Shown in pieces: positions 29,727-44,700 of a DNA stretch of 64,000 nucleotides. Position numbers and translations under genes: made by a program. Every line of letters begins with the position of its first letter. Positions within the stretch are counted from its first letter, which is position 1. Under the pieces are notes generated by a model, which worked only from the letters and a program-made list of their open reading frames with translations, made no database searches and had not been told where the DNA came from. Origin of the DNA: Tubulanus polymorphus (Eukaryota; Animalia; Nemertea); the NCBI RefSeq assembly GCF_964204645.1, contig NC_134034.1:11544962-11608961 (forward strand), given 5' to 3'.

Positions 29727-32700
29727 TGTATGTATCTATCTGCGGCTTGGATCCTGCACCCCTCATATATCTACTATTGTAGTGTGGACAATCAGTTTTT
29801 GATATTGCGCTTATAAAATGTCTGGTGTTTGTAGTTCATTTTCAATAAAAAGTGTCTCAGGTGAAGTTCTCAACACTAAGTGAAGTGTGAATGATCAGTT
29901 TGAATGATAAGTGTGCTGACGCTCACGTTCAATTTTGGCCTGGATCAAAATTTAAGAAATTTAGTCAAAATTCAGTAACAAGAGTAATAAGTTTAAAACC
30001 GACTACATCTAGAAGCAAAATTTCAAACTTATCATCGATTCTCAACATCAGAGTCTGACTATTCTACTTCAATCAGTAAGAAGAATGTCTATTGCGCCGG
30101 GTCCAGGCTGAGAGGGGGTGCAGTATCCACACTGCGTATCGATACCTGTATAAACGGTGTAAGGTTTTTAAAACCAACGATTATCATACATAATACATAA
30201 CTAGATTAATGGCATCGATCTGAGTTGATATTTCAACGGGAAAATCTTTATGATAAACTTTATCTATTACAATTTTACTTCGTGTTTCATGCAAAATACG
30301 TATTTACAATTTTCATGTCTCTATCAAAGCGATTGGCTTTCAATAATAATTCGATTAATTAATTACCGGTACCTAAAATCGCTGTAATTAATCAGTTATT
30401 TATAGCGAATGATTTTATGTGCATAATGGTGTTGTTTTATCTAGATGAGTTCGAATCATATTTACAAATTGTGATGAGAATTTCAAACTCAAAAACTGGT
30501 GAAAACACACGGCTTTATATAGCAGAATATTGGCAGCCGTCACCTTTAGGAGATTCTTTACAATAAAACACAGCAATGACACGTTTACATGTTTTGGACC
30601 CACAATGTGTTGATGATTAATAACAACAATTAGTTGAACAGGGGCTCGTCAATTAGGTCAAGAAGCTAGTTCCAAAATGGTCTTAAATCTTGATACAGGT
30701 CTTAAAGTTGTGAAATTGGCTATGGAGCTAAGTTGGTCTTAGACTAGTCTTAAATCTAAGCCAAAATGTCTGCGCAACTGCTCCTGATGTTTTGGCCAGG
30801 ATGCTTGAGATTTATTTGAAATGATGTCAAAGCTGGGTAGGAGCTTTCTGACCGAACCGTCATTGTAACAAAACGTCATTAAAGCGTTAACCCTTTCAGT
30901 GCGTCTACACCGCAGTGCGGTGTATAAATCGGTGATGGACACCGTATCGCAGTGTGTATTGATACTAATCAGTGATCAGTTTTTATCTATCAAAAGATGG
31001 CAGCACCTGTCTAACAGTGAAATATTAGCAACTAATGATACACTGCATCATGGTGTAGACGCACTATAGCGGTATGCCCGTTATACACCGCACCCAAGTT
31101 ATCGCCAACAGTTTCAGGTATTTGTAATAATATGAAAAGGTTTCAATATTGTGGGTCTTATATACACAAACTACATGGATTGCACTAGTCTTAATTGATT
31201 TTGACAGCATTAACATTTTACGCCTGATGATTTTTTGTGCGCGTTGAACTCAGATGAATTCTTCTTACAGCAGTTTTTCAAGTTCCCGCCGCTCGCTTCT
31301 GAGGTCGTCGTCAATTGCAAAATCGATTCCCATCAACATTCTACACCGCGCAACTTTTCACGCGAAATGTTTCTCAATTCGATACACGAAATATAATGAC
31401 ACAAGAATTGTATATACGGGACTATCATTAATCTCAGGATAGGCATTTCGTTTAAAAGCACCCCCTAGTTGGCGTATCATTGAGAAACGCCCCTTAAAGG
31501 GCATATCACATAGAAACGCCCCTTGCGTATCAGCAAGAAATGCTCCTAGGGGGCATATATCACCAAGAAATGCCTCCTAGTGGACATATCAGCGAGAAAT
31601 GCCCCCTAGTGGACATATCAGCGAGAAATGCCCCCTAGTGGACATATCAGCGAGAAATGCCCCCTAGTAGTTCGTATCGATATTCTTATATAAGCACACA
31701 CCATTGTCACAAAAAAGTGGTTTTATATAGTCATTCGTTATTTAGATGACATCCTAATAACATTTAGCACCATTTGAGAAATATGACATTATTATTTGCT
31801 TTTTCTTTCTTTCGCACGACGAATTCATAGATAGAAAGAGATGCCGGTTCAAGTAAAACGACGATTTGTGCTTTGTGGCGTTCGTCGCGAGGCACTCGAG
31901 GACCTTCATTTACGAATAAAAATCTTCCTAACGCGATACGACATCGAAATTATTGCTAAGCGTGAAATTCTAAAAGGGTAAAAGTTACTCGGAAAAGGCA
32001 GCGGCGCACGCCCAGCAGTTGAAACAAGTATCGAAGAGATGTCTATCTACCGTCGTACGAAACCTCGCCGCCGTTTCTAAGGAGCAGACGTACGTATGCC
32101 CCGGTTAATCGAGGTCGAATATTCAAGGTCGAATTCGTTTGATATTCATCAACGAATCGATCGGTCGCTTGGAATCATTTCGAGAAGTTTTCGAAAAATT
32201 CACAGGTTCCGGAAATTGGCTGGGACGTACGTCTGCCCGTCGTCGAGACGACAAGTTTACAACAGTTACTCAGCAATAATCAATAATTCTCATACATGCA
32301 CATGTCAACGAATGAACATGTAATAATGACATGCTGCACAGTAATTGCATACAAAAATCTTCATAGCACGCAGACCGTAAGTAACAATGCAGTTTTAATT
32401 GTCGCTAGGTCAACTATGAACTGGTAAACTCCATAAATCTGGGGTCAGTTGCTGAAAAGGTGGTTAAAGATAACCGGCGAATAAATACTGTAGTAACGAT
32501 GAACTTTTTATCGTTACTATGTCAACTATCCGCCGGTTGACTCTAACAAACCTTTGAGCATCTGCCGCCCCTGGTCTGCAGTTCTGCCCAAATGCACCCG
32601 TGTTTTGTACACGTATGAGAATTCTAAGCCTGATTCGTATTTCCATGTATTAAAAAGGCACCTTCTTAAAATAGTAGTTTCTCTATACAATAATGATAAT

Positions 32701-33046
32701 ACTACACAGTACGAGATAATAAGCCCCGCCCCCTAGTTACGTCATCGCCGTCGCTAGCTGGATGATTGACAGTTCGCAGCGGTCATGTGGGAGGAGCCGA
32801 AAAAAAAAACGTTTCGCACTACAGCTCGCAAAGTCGTGGCCCCGAAGTGAAAACGCGCGTCGCTCCAGGTTCAACCGTGTCACTATAGATGGCGCTAGCG
32901 TTTATCCGAATTCGCTACAGATATCGCTGGTTGAACCTTTGAAATAATACTACTCTGCACCGACTGACCTCCGTCGCCTCCTCGTTAACCCATCGCTTAA
33001 TCGATTAATCAATACTCCTAGTAAACGCGTTAATTAAATTAATTAA

Positions 33047-36000
33047 TTAATTATAGTCTACGTCGTTATCGTCTATATATTCTTTCTCTTTGTTCATCAA
33101 CGATTGCTTCTTCTTTTTCTTCTTTTTCACGGTGACCTCGTGCATGCCCAAATCCTCGGCACGTTTACGCTTGAAGAAACCGAGCTACAACGACACGCGG
33201 AAAAAAAAAACATCGAATTAAAACTCTACGCATGAAACATCGTTCCCGCAGTTATACGAATTAAAAATTCCCAGGTTTTTCCCAAGTATTTCACGGGTGA
33301 TTTTTCAATTTTCCCATTAGGAAACGAACACATATCGTCATGCAACGGTCAACATTTAAGCGGCGACTGGTTGATAAAGGTGATTTTCAAGGGTAAGCTG
33401 AAGAAAGTTGCCCTTGGCAAATGCAGTATGCGAAATGTAAAGAATTTCCCAAGTATTACCCTGATTTGAGGAAAATTTTTCAAATTCCCAAATATTTCCA
33501 AACTGGGAATTATTATTTCAAAATTCCCAAGTTTTCCCAATTTCCCTGTTCTGTGAGAACCATGATGAAACTTTCAAAATATATCGAATTCAACAAGGGC
33601 GGATCAGGTCCACGGTCCACATCAACACAAAGAACAAGGGATCTTTTTCAGAAAGGGGCATTATAGAGGAATCGAACGCAATTCATAGTATAATAGTAAA
33701 ACAATAGCAGATTTGGGGGGGGGGGTCAGGACCACTGACGTTGCCCTTTTCATCAAGACAGATTGTCAAAACCTGCAAACTTGATGCTCATCCTCACGCA
33801 ATTTGCATCTTTAATGATGTATTTCTTCAAATATATCGCTAACTCCGAAGGTGGGAGCCCGCTAGTGGCCTTTGACTAGGCCGCTTTATCCGAGAGATGC
33901 CTTTTCTTTTCTTCTGGACCCCGCCTTATAACTTCACTAGATCCACCCCTGTTAAAAAGCATTTTCGACCTCCCAACCACCAAGAAAACTCTTTCGACAA
34001 TTCTTCTTCATCAGTACAGAATTGGTATGAAATTGATGGTTCATCGCACGTGGTCACATTAAGATTTTGTAGCCCCAAAATTAAGTAAAATATCACAAAA
34101 ACGAGTCTCATCAATAGATAAATACATCTTAGGTGCTTGACGTTGACTTACCTTCCAACAAACTAATATAATAATGATTAATAATAAAAGACCGGCGCAA
34201 ATAGCTACGATGATGATCCACAGCGGAATATCTTCGGCTTCTTTAGGGGGTATATCAGGATACGCAACGGTCAACGCCTGAAAATTTGTTTAAAAAACAT
34301 CTTTAATCGACACTTTCTTTTGATACGGAATGGACACTTAGATTTTGCCCCGACTATTCCCCGACATGCGCGTTGTTTTCCTTGACTCGATCTGCTAAGA
34401 ATTCGATCAATAAACATCGTCAAATACGTAAGACATAGACGGAAACTGTTTTGATTAATATGAGCGCGATCCAACAATCTCGACAAATTTTCAGGGGCTG
34501 CAGTCGCTCAAAAGTTGGTTAAAGATAACCGGCCGTTAAATACCATAGTAACAATGAAATTTCAATTGTCATCATATCAACTATCCACTGGTTAACTCCA
34601 ACCAACTTTTGAGCAACCGGCCCCTGGACTTTTCCCTGATAAAATCTGTTTCTCTTTTAGCTTTTTAAAAATTTCCCCAAATTTATAAAGGAGAGAAAAT
34701 TCCCTGACTTTTCCCCGATTTTCAGCTCAATGGCGCAACCCTGTATCATTAAGTATTTTTAGATGATATTAAGTCATTAATTAATTAATTTTATCATTAA
34801 TTAATTTATCATGGGATTTTATTCATATCAGATATTGAGTCGACGCGAGTCAGAAACACTTACGCTCGTATAATCGTTAGTCGTATCGTCCTGTTCGATA
34901 TTCAGTCGTTTGTCGATACGAACGATCGCTTTCGAACGAATGTTCACGTAATGCACGTACGGGTAATCCTTTAAATAAAATCAGAATTCTTAGAATTCTA
35001 GCGACTTTCACTAGAAAGCAAAGAGAAACGTACAATCGCGAGAAAAGCTTTCTAAATAATGAACGTGAGATAATTTGAAAATTTCTAAAATTCCACCCCG
35101 GTGCGTGTTGTATAACAGGAACACCGCTATAGTGCATCTACACTGCGGTGCGGTGTATCATTAGTAACTAATATTTCACTATGTTTGACAGGTGCTACCA
35201 TCTTTCAATAGAGATAAGAACTAATTACTAATGAAAACAATACTATGCGATGCGGTGTACACTAGTGAAGTCCATCGCCGATTAATACACCGCACTGTGG
35301 TGTAGACACACCGAACGGGTTAATCAATCGTTTGATCAAATCTTTTCATCTTATAGCTAAGTTGTACCGATTAAGTATCACTAGATGAAGTTATACACAC
35401 GCAGTAGCCACTGGTCTTTGAAACCAATTTGAATCGGACGCATCGAGCTACATCGGATTTCCCGGCGTTGTTTAATCGTTTCTCACCTCGACTAACGTGT
35501 GATTCCATAACCGCGCTCTGATTCTGATTGTCGCCGTCTCTCGCGGTCCTAACTCGGCGATTTGACATTTAAATCGGAAACATTTCGCCGTCCGGTAACC
35601 GCTGGCTCGTTTCTCACAATCCTGAATGAACAAAAAAAAAAAAAATAGTTTCTGCGGTGAAACGCCGTGTGCATGTTCCGACGACAAATTGAGAAACCCG
35701 CACTAAAATAACGAGATAGATGAAGTCCCAAAAGTTTCCTTTAAGCTAATGATTGCTGAAGGTGACTATTAGGTTGTAGTCAAATCTTCGAATGAAAAAA
35801 TTTACAGCTTAAAGGAAACTTTTCGCACTTCATCTTTCTCGTTATATCGGCGTGGCATTCTCAATTTACACATTCCTTGTTACAACGAACTTCAGGGTCC
35901 AGTTCCACAGTTCCGAACTTCAGAGTCAACTCTAACTCACAACTGTGGAACTGGGTCCAGGGCATCAGAAACTCTGATAGTTTGTTACGTATCCGGGATG

Positions 36001-38406
36001 AAATTATCAAAATTGTCGTATTCGGGACATAATCCTAGGTTTCTAATCAACAAAATATCCAAGGTGGTTATTACGAAATTCCACTGTAGTCAGACGCGCG
36101 TTGTTGGGTCCTATCTTTGATGTTGACGAGTTGGTAAGGCTCCCTCACCTCGCAAGCGGTTGAATTCATCTTTTTTATTTTTTTTAAGGGTTTTTTTGAT
36201 CTTAAAATAGGGATTGTTCCCATTATTTATTTATTTGGCTGGTAAATTTTGTTTGATTTTTCGATTGAGTGTCCCCTTACAGACCCACCACACCTGCCGG
36301 GAGCGAAACAGGGGGCTTGATTTTGAAATCGGAAATCGAAGTACAGATATAGATGTGTGATCAGCCGTCGAGTTAACAGAATATTTTTAAATCGAAGTAC
36401 ATAATTGGAAATTCGGTCTTTAGCCGGGATACCGGATAGATAGCGCATGAAGAGTAAAGGGTTAATATTACCACTCACCAGCGAAACGATGTTTTGTTTT
36501 TTCCCTCCGGTTCCGACGACCTCCTCCGAGCGGATGACGTAGTCGCGTTTGTTTCGGTTGCTAGGCGGCGTGTTATACGTCACCTCGTTGTTGTCCGATG
36601 AGCCGGGTTCCGCGTCGACCGGGCTGCGCTGGAAACGAAAATAATCACGGGAAAATGATTCATGAGCGAACAACCGAAAACACTTCCAGAAAACATGGCT
36701 GCCTCCGTAAATCCTCTTATGACATCATGAAATATACATAAAATTACTTCATCTATTATTATTAATGACCGATTAGATGTTATCGCAGCGACTAGCGATG
36801 ATGTCATAAGGGGATTTACAGAGGGAGCCATCTTGAAAAGGCGAACCCTATTTTCGACTTCAAATACAACACCGAAAACTACGTATTCCTTCTTCGTCGC
36901 AAGCGCAAGGAATTTAAATCAAATACAAAGCAATGATTTCTAATAAGTTTTAATCACCAGCTACCATAGATGCGCTTTCATTTATCCAGACAAAAACTAC
37001 ACCGATATACAGAATATTCATAGGTCAATGAATTCTCAGCGTTTTACTTAAGAATTCTTTCCCCGGCCCCGAAAAAAGAAGCAATTTCTTCTAACGTACA
37101 AAACGGACGACACCAAAACAAAATAGACAAAATGAACGAAATTTCGCGATCCATAAAGTACGAACGCTCTCCAAGGGTGAGGGCAGCGCAGTGTTCCCTC
37201 CATGTGCTAGAATTTTAAAGGGGCTGTATTATGATATCATGGCTGCCAATCCACCCAAAAAAAACAAACATTAAGCTTGTAATCTTCTATTTTTCACATT
37301 AGCTCAATATATTTCAAAGTAACTATCAGCATTGATAGAATATTGGCATCCACTCTGATAGGGGCAGCAGATATTCCATAAATGGTGGTTGATTTTCAGA
37401 AGGGTGGATGTAAAAATGTAACGGATGCCCGCCCCTCTAAAAAACCTGTTGCGGAGAACAATGGCTAATTCAAATTTTCTTATTTTTGCTATCGGATATA
37501 TCGAAATTGGGGGAACGAGGGGAGGATTTCTGAAATTTGGCACTGCTTACGACACCTTGCAGAGAGCGTGCGTAGTTCACGGACGAGACCCCGAAAATAG
37601 TCAAAGACGACAATTCCAATGTTTACGATAAAACTTACAAGCGTTAAACGATGTCTTTCATTTATCTGTAGTAGATGTAAACGATAATCGATGATTAAAA
37701 GGTAAACGATAATCGATGATTAAAAGGTAAACGATAATTGATGATTTAACGGTTCGTTTGCCCACGCATTCCACGTGAAGAAATTTCCAAAATTAAAAGT
37801 TTTTCAAAGGGTGATAAACATGCTCAAAAATATTTTAGCGTATTTTCATCGGCCCCGATGAGTAACCCCGACCCCCTGGCCCCACGTAGAGGCGCTTATT
37901 TATACACTTACCACAATACCAAGCGGATTCACCTGACCTGGACCCATTATACATTGACCTCCTTTACCTTCGACCTGAAATCAGAGGAATTAAGGAGGAA
38001 TCGTAAGCAACTCAGATTTCAAGGAGCAGAATCTCAAACCCCAAACCCTAAACTTTCCAAAACTTCAGTGAAACCGATTTCTAATTGTTGTTCATTAACT
38101 GATGTCATCACCGTAATTGATTTCATTTCGCACTATTATTTTATGCTACATTGTATCTGAATTATATTTCTGATATATTTCGTACAGCGCCTTAGAGCCT
38201 TAATGAATAAGGCACTGCACGAGTTTCAAATAACAATGATTATAACGATAATTGTGGGTTTGATGTTTTAGGAGACTGATGTTGCTAAATAACAATGATA
38301 ATTATAATGATAATGATAATAACAAAACAATAACAACAATAATAATAATAATAATAAATAATAATAATAATAATAATAATAAATAATAATAATAATAATA
38401 ATAATA

Positions 38407-38476
<70 letters not shown>

Positions 38477-38590
38477 TAATAATAATAATAATAATAAATA
38501 ATAATAATAATAATAAATAATAATAATAATAATAATAATAAATAATAATAATAATAATAATAATAAATAATAATAATAATAATAATAATA

Positions 38591-38651
<61 letters not shown>

Positions 38652-38665
38652 TAATAATAATAATA

Positions 38666-38713
<48 letters not shown>

Positions 38714-41700
38714 TAATAATAATAATAATAATAAATAATAATAATAATAATAATAATAAATAATAATAATAATAATAATAATAAATAATAATAATAATAA
38801 TAATAATAAATAATAATAATAATAATAATAATGATAGGTTTGAAGTTACCTGTGGTTTTTCGATGAGGTAAAGTAAATGTTTTCCCTGGTCTCGTTTGTT
38901 CTCGACCTCGTACGGCCAGTAGATCTCGACGGTCGAGTAGGCGATCGTTCCCGGTCCTTGATTCAACACCTCGTACGACTGAGTCAACGGATAACCGATT
39001 TCGTCTTCGAATTTGATCGCGCTCTCTCCGACGGCTGGATGACCGTAGAATACCTGCTCCGGAGTCGAACCGCTGAAATATATAGATATCGTACTCCAGA
39101 ATTATTCCTCCGGGCTGATTAACACCAGGGGCCGATTGCACAGTCGTGACTTAAGTCAAAAAATGCTCTTAATCTTAAGACTGGTTTTAAGTTGTTAGAT
39201 TGACTATAGAACTGAGTTGGTCTTAGACTGGTCTTAAGTCTAAGCCATGACTATGCAACTGGCCCCTGGACTGCAGTTGCTGAAAAGTTGATTAGAGAGA
39301 ACCAGCAGATAAATACCACAGTAACAAGAGTTCTAATTGTCTCACTATGTCAACTATCCACTGGTTACCTAGATACAACTTTTCAGCAACTGCGGCCCCC
39401 GACTAATATCTCTTATTTCTGTTAATAACACCTGAAATGAAAGTGATTTTAAATCAAAATTCGTACTAGTAGTTTAGTTGAGAATAAACTAGAAATGATC
39501 TGATTTTAAGAGTACATGCACGCAGATATTTCAAGGGATCAGAAAAAGAGTAGAAACAACTCTCAAATAGATCTGACCGCCGGAACGATTTTTGAATAGG
39601 CCTTTCCGGTGATATAGAGTACTCACCCGCGCAGCCAGATATCAGCTTTCTGTATAACTCTGATAGGAATGATTTTGTAATCATCTGTCGGTGATTTCTC
39701 TGAACTCGATCTGTAAACGACAACCAAACCCAAGTTTTAGTTAGTTACTGTTTTTCTGTTGTACATCATCTTTTTGAAGATATGATTCAGCGTGTAGTAT
39801 AACAGCTATAACTATCAAAACCGAAGCCATTCTGGAATTCTGGATGAAACAAATGCGCCAGAAGAAAACTCTACCGGCCGCTTCTATCAGGTTTACAGAT
39901 TACAAACTCTCTACCGGCCGCTTCTATCGGGTTTACAGATTACAAACTCTCTACCGGCCGCTTCTATCGGGTTTACAGATTACAAACTCTCTACCGGCCG
40001 CTTCTATCAGGTTGTACAGATTACAAACTCTCTACCAGGGCCGCTTCTATCAGGTTTACAGATTACAAACTCTCTACCGGCAGCTTGTATCAGGTTTACA
40101 GATTACAAACTCTCTACCGGCCGCTTCTATCAGGTTTACAGATTACAAACTCTCTACCGGCCGCTTCTATCGGGTTTACAGATTACAAACTCTCTACCGG
40201 CCGCTTCTATCAGGTTTACAGATTACAAACTCTCTACCGGCCGCTTCTATCAGGTTTACAGATTACAAACTCTCTACCGGCCGCTTCTATCAGGTTTACA
40301 GATTATACTATTCCGGAATAGGTAGAGCGTATTCTGGTCGAAACGAACGCGCCAAAAGAGAATTCCAGAATCGGTAGAGAGTAACTGATCCGAAGAGTAA
40401 AGCAAAGTTTACGTACGTGTTTACTCCGAGTTCGATGCTGATATCTCGATCTGAACTCGACAGACGCTTCGTGTGAAACGATATCGAGAATTCTTTCGTC
40501 TGATTCGCCGCGAACGGATTGCCGATTTCGCATCGTAAAAACCCGGCCGACTTCTCGCACGGGATATCCTAGCAACCGAGAAGAAAACAACCGACGATAA
40601 GATATAGAACGTTGAACGGGGCTTTCGAATTTGTAACGCCAGTCTCTAAATGGAACCAACTGCCTTTATGTCCAACAGTTGAATGTTTTAAAAAGACGTT
40701 TCGAAATATTCATAACTGAAATCTTAGTCCATATAAATCTTAACCTTAATGTTTATTCTCCGTGGACCGGTTCTATAGACTGGTTTAAACCCTTAGCCGG
40801 AGTTTAACTAAATCGGCGATGAATTTGTTTTAAACCTAAACCCCCGTAACAGTTAACACAGGTCTGTAAAACCAGCCCCAAAGTCCAGTACCACAGTTCC
40901 GAGTTTAAGATTTGACTCCGAGTCGAACTAACCTTAACTCAGAGTTAACTCATTGAAAATGAACTGGGCCGAGTTTCACGAAAAAGTTTAAGCCTAAAAT
41001 GGTTTAGTTTGAATTGTTGTCCTCATTGAAAACATGAAGTAACCAATGGCAATTACACCAAAAAATTAAGTTCAACTTTTTCGTGAAACTGGGCCCTGAC
41101 CTTAACTCAACAGTTAACTCTTACTCACAAATGTGGAACCGGGCCCAGGTGTTTTAAAATATTATTTCATCATTTTTGATTTCATAAAGATTCAAAGCAC
41201 AGCGATTACAATTCGCAGGAGCGCGCTTTATCAGAAAAATATATCATTATCATTGATTTTATTATCATTAACATTATCGCTATTAACATGACTATCATAA
41301 CTATTATTACCACAGCAATACACGACCTGGAATGAGACGATTTAATCGGAACTTACGAGTTTTTTTGTGACTAGAGTCGGAGGGAATTTCATGGTGAACT
41401 GTGAGAGATGAGCGTCTTCGCCGGTATTCGTCAGTTTCACGTCGACCTTCAACACTTTCACCTCGCCGTAACTCAACAAATACGTACCACCACGACCCCT
41501 AGTGGCGGAAAATATCATCGTTGATTTCACGCAGTATGTATAACAGGGTGGCCACTTATACAAATCTTCATGGGGCCAGTCGCGCAGGCGTGACTTAAAT
41601 CCAAAAATGGTCTTAAATCTTAAGATTGGTCTCAAGTTGTTAGATTGGCTATAGAACTAAGTTGGTCTTGGACTGGTGTTAAGTGTAAACCATGACTATG

Positions 41701-44700
41701 CAACCGGCCCCCGAATTTTTTCTAAATTCCCTTCCCTGAGTCTGATTGAATCAGAGAAATTTTCAGGTTTGAAATGTTAGAATTGGATTTGAGTTGGATG
41801 CCGCGTGATTTAGGATACTCACTGCTGGGGAAGGTTTACTTTCGCGTCGACTTTCAAATCGCTGTGACAAATCTGATCATCGCCGCAATTCTTTATGAAC
41901 TCCACCTATTGACGAAAAAACGAAATGAAACCAGATAATCGTTAACGTTAGGGACACGACGAGAGAGCGCCAGAAATTCCGACGGAATTCCGCGAAACGT
42001 ACTTTCAGGAATTGTTCGGAGACTTCCTTGTTAAACGTCGGGAACGAGTTGATGTCCGGAAGCGGTTCGCCCTCTTTCAGCGGGTCGGGAGTCTTCTCGA
42101 CGATGTTGTATTTGATCTTGAAGAAAATCGGATTCAGCAGATCCTGATTAGACGGCTGAAATAGGAAAGCGACGATAAAGGGTTAACGCGACGCAGAGGC
42201 AATAATCGAACGCGGTTTCGGTTTCGATGTCGGCGGTTTACGCTACAGATTTGGAAATTTGCAACTAGCTCCGAGTTGGAACGCAGTCGCTTAGTTCACA
42301 AAACAGATAATAAAATTGGGAGTTTGTCGACTGCGATGATGAAGCAGTGGGTTAATAAGCCATTGATACATATTACGATTTGTCCAATATATAGCGGTAC
42401 ATATTATATACACTAGTTACAAAGCCCAGGGTCCAAGTCCAGTTACTTTAACATAAAGCATATGAGTTGTATGGCTAAACCAGTGGATAGTTGACATAAT
42501 TAAAGGTCCACGGTATTTATCAAGGGCTGCAGTCCCCGAAAGTTGGTTAGAGATAACCAGTGGATAGTTGACATAGTGACAATTAAAACTGCATTGTTAC
42601 TTCGGTATTCAACAGCCAGTTAGCTTTAACCAACTTTCTATGAACAACCAGGCCCCACAGAGCGTTAAACTTTCAGGCAGCCTAAAAACCGATCTCCCCT
42701 CAAGAAATTCAACTCGACTTCCCAAGTCAAAACGACACCCCTGCGAGATCCTGAGCTGGATGGCCGTGATTTTTGGTCATGCAAAATAAACATTTCGACA
42801 ACATTGAGACGAACGTCTGATTTTCATCATTGATCGGGAAATGAAAAATTTCTACAAATTCTACACGAAAAAAGTTTCTTTTTACGGAAAAAAAAAAAAA
42901 TAAAATCAAGGCATTTAGAAAATATGCCTTATATTCGTTACGAAGCCATTCACACATTAAATGCGTTAAATAGATAATGAGCATGATTGACATATGACAT
43001 TATGTTAATGAATTTACAAGCCCCGCCCATCGGGTCTTGGAAACATCAATCATTCTGACTGCAAATAAAAGGATTAATTGACGATGTTTCTACTACGTCT
43101 ACTACGGACAAACCATACATAGATCACGTAGAGGAACCGAGAACAAAATCGTGAGGACTTTTTTTTCGTGAACTTCCTTGTTTCCTCGCAGGGGATTCAG
43201 GCTGATGACATTGCAAAGACCCTTTCACGTTACTCCTTCAGCTGGGATATGAACATGATGGCATCGCAAGACTGCCATGTTCCTCCCTCAGCAGGGTTTC
43301 CAACATGATGCCATCACGAGACTGCTACGTTCTTCCTCAGCAGGGATTCGAACCTGATGGCATCTAGAGACTGCAACATTCCTCCCTCGGCTGGGATTTG
43401 AACCTGATGGCATCGCAAGACTGCCACGTTCCCTCCTCAGCAGGGATTCCAACCCGATGCCATTGCGAGACTCTTCCGTTTTTTTTCAAATCGGAATCTT
43501 ATGAAAATCAGTCGTTATTCACAGATTTTGTTCTCACGAATCTCGACGTTTTACGATGGTTTTTATATCCGTTGATTATTTACACAAAATACCTTATCAT
43601 CATCACCGGTTCCCATCTGAAAACACATCGATACATTTAAACATCACACCCTCAAACATTGTCTATTCACACTGTTATAGATCAGATCTTACAGCCAATT
43701 ACATTATCCATGTGTCTACGCCATATTGGTTGACAAACACTATAAGTGGTCTACACAACAGACCCTTGAAGTTTGTAAATACACTGGGTCCAGTTCCACA
43801 GTTCGGAGTTAAAATTTGACCCCGAGTTAACTCATTGAAAATGAACTAATTTTAACTCTAACTCACAACTGTGGAACTGGGTCCCGATTATCTTATTTTT
43901 GTATAGCAAGTCTGCAGCACAGTTAGCAATAACTGATTTACATGACAGACCCTTGAAGTTTGCAAATCCCTTTGTTTTATTTTGTTGTCAGTCTCCAGGA
44001 CTGGTTTGCAAACACGATAAGTGATTAACCCGATAGACCCTCAAAGTTTATCAATCCCCTGATTATGTTTGTTTATGTATAGCAAATCTCCAGCATTGGA
44101 TTAGTGTACACTGCATTTCATTTTTGTTTCATTGACATATATTTTACTTCTTTCTGACAAAAGAATTGAGTTTTGTGTTCTGAGCCCTGATTGGTCAGTC
44201 GTCTGACAATGAGCCAATCGCGGCAGGTTTTACGTAATTTCAAGCCCGCCTCCTGCCGTTTGGTCCCCGGATTACGACGCGTCGATAACGTAACATTCTA
44301 CTTACGTCGAGGAAAGCGTGAAGTCGAACGCATTTGAAACGATCCTGGAACGCTTGATGTAACGTCATTTGACCGGTGAATCTGTAACGGTCGCTGCGAC
44401 CGCGAGGAACGGCCGTGAATGACACTCGCGAGTATTTAATAGACTCCTCAAAACGTTCCGCGATCACTGTATACGTTATACGCGGTGCTACTAATAACCT
44501 GCAATTACAATACATGATGTCATAGGGGGATTTATTCCAGGGTGCCATCTTTTCTGCGGGGTTATTTGATGATGTCATAAGGGGATCTATAAGGGGTGTC
44601 ATCTTTTCTGCGGGGTCATTTGATGATGTCATAAGGGGATCTATAAGGGGTGTCATCTTTTCTGCGGGGTTATTTGATGATGTCATAGGAGGATTTATGG

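Noticed and set aside
33926-34114. Possible alternative integrin cytoplasmic-tail exon (A/B type)
   Set aside because: No GFFKR-like motif and no convincing acceptor
38268-38849. Poly-Y/I/L hydrophobic ORF extensions
   Set aside because: Translation of an intronic (AAT)n microsatellite beyond the real donor at 38849
41311-41326. 16-nt AG/GT-bounded segment in an integrin intron
   Set aside because: Would shift frame and leave an intron of only about 30 nt
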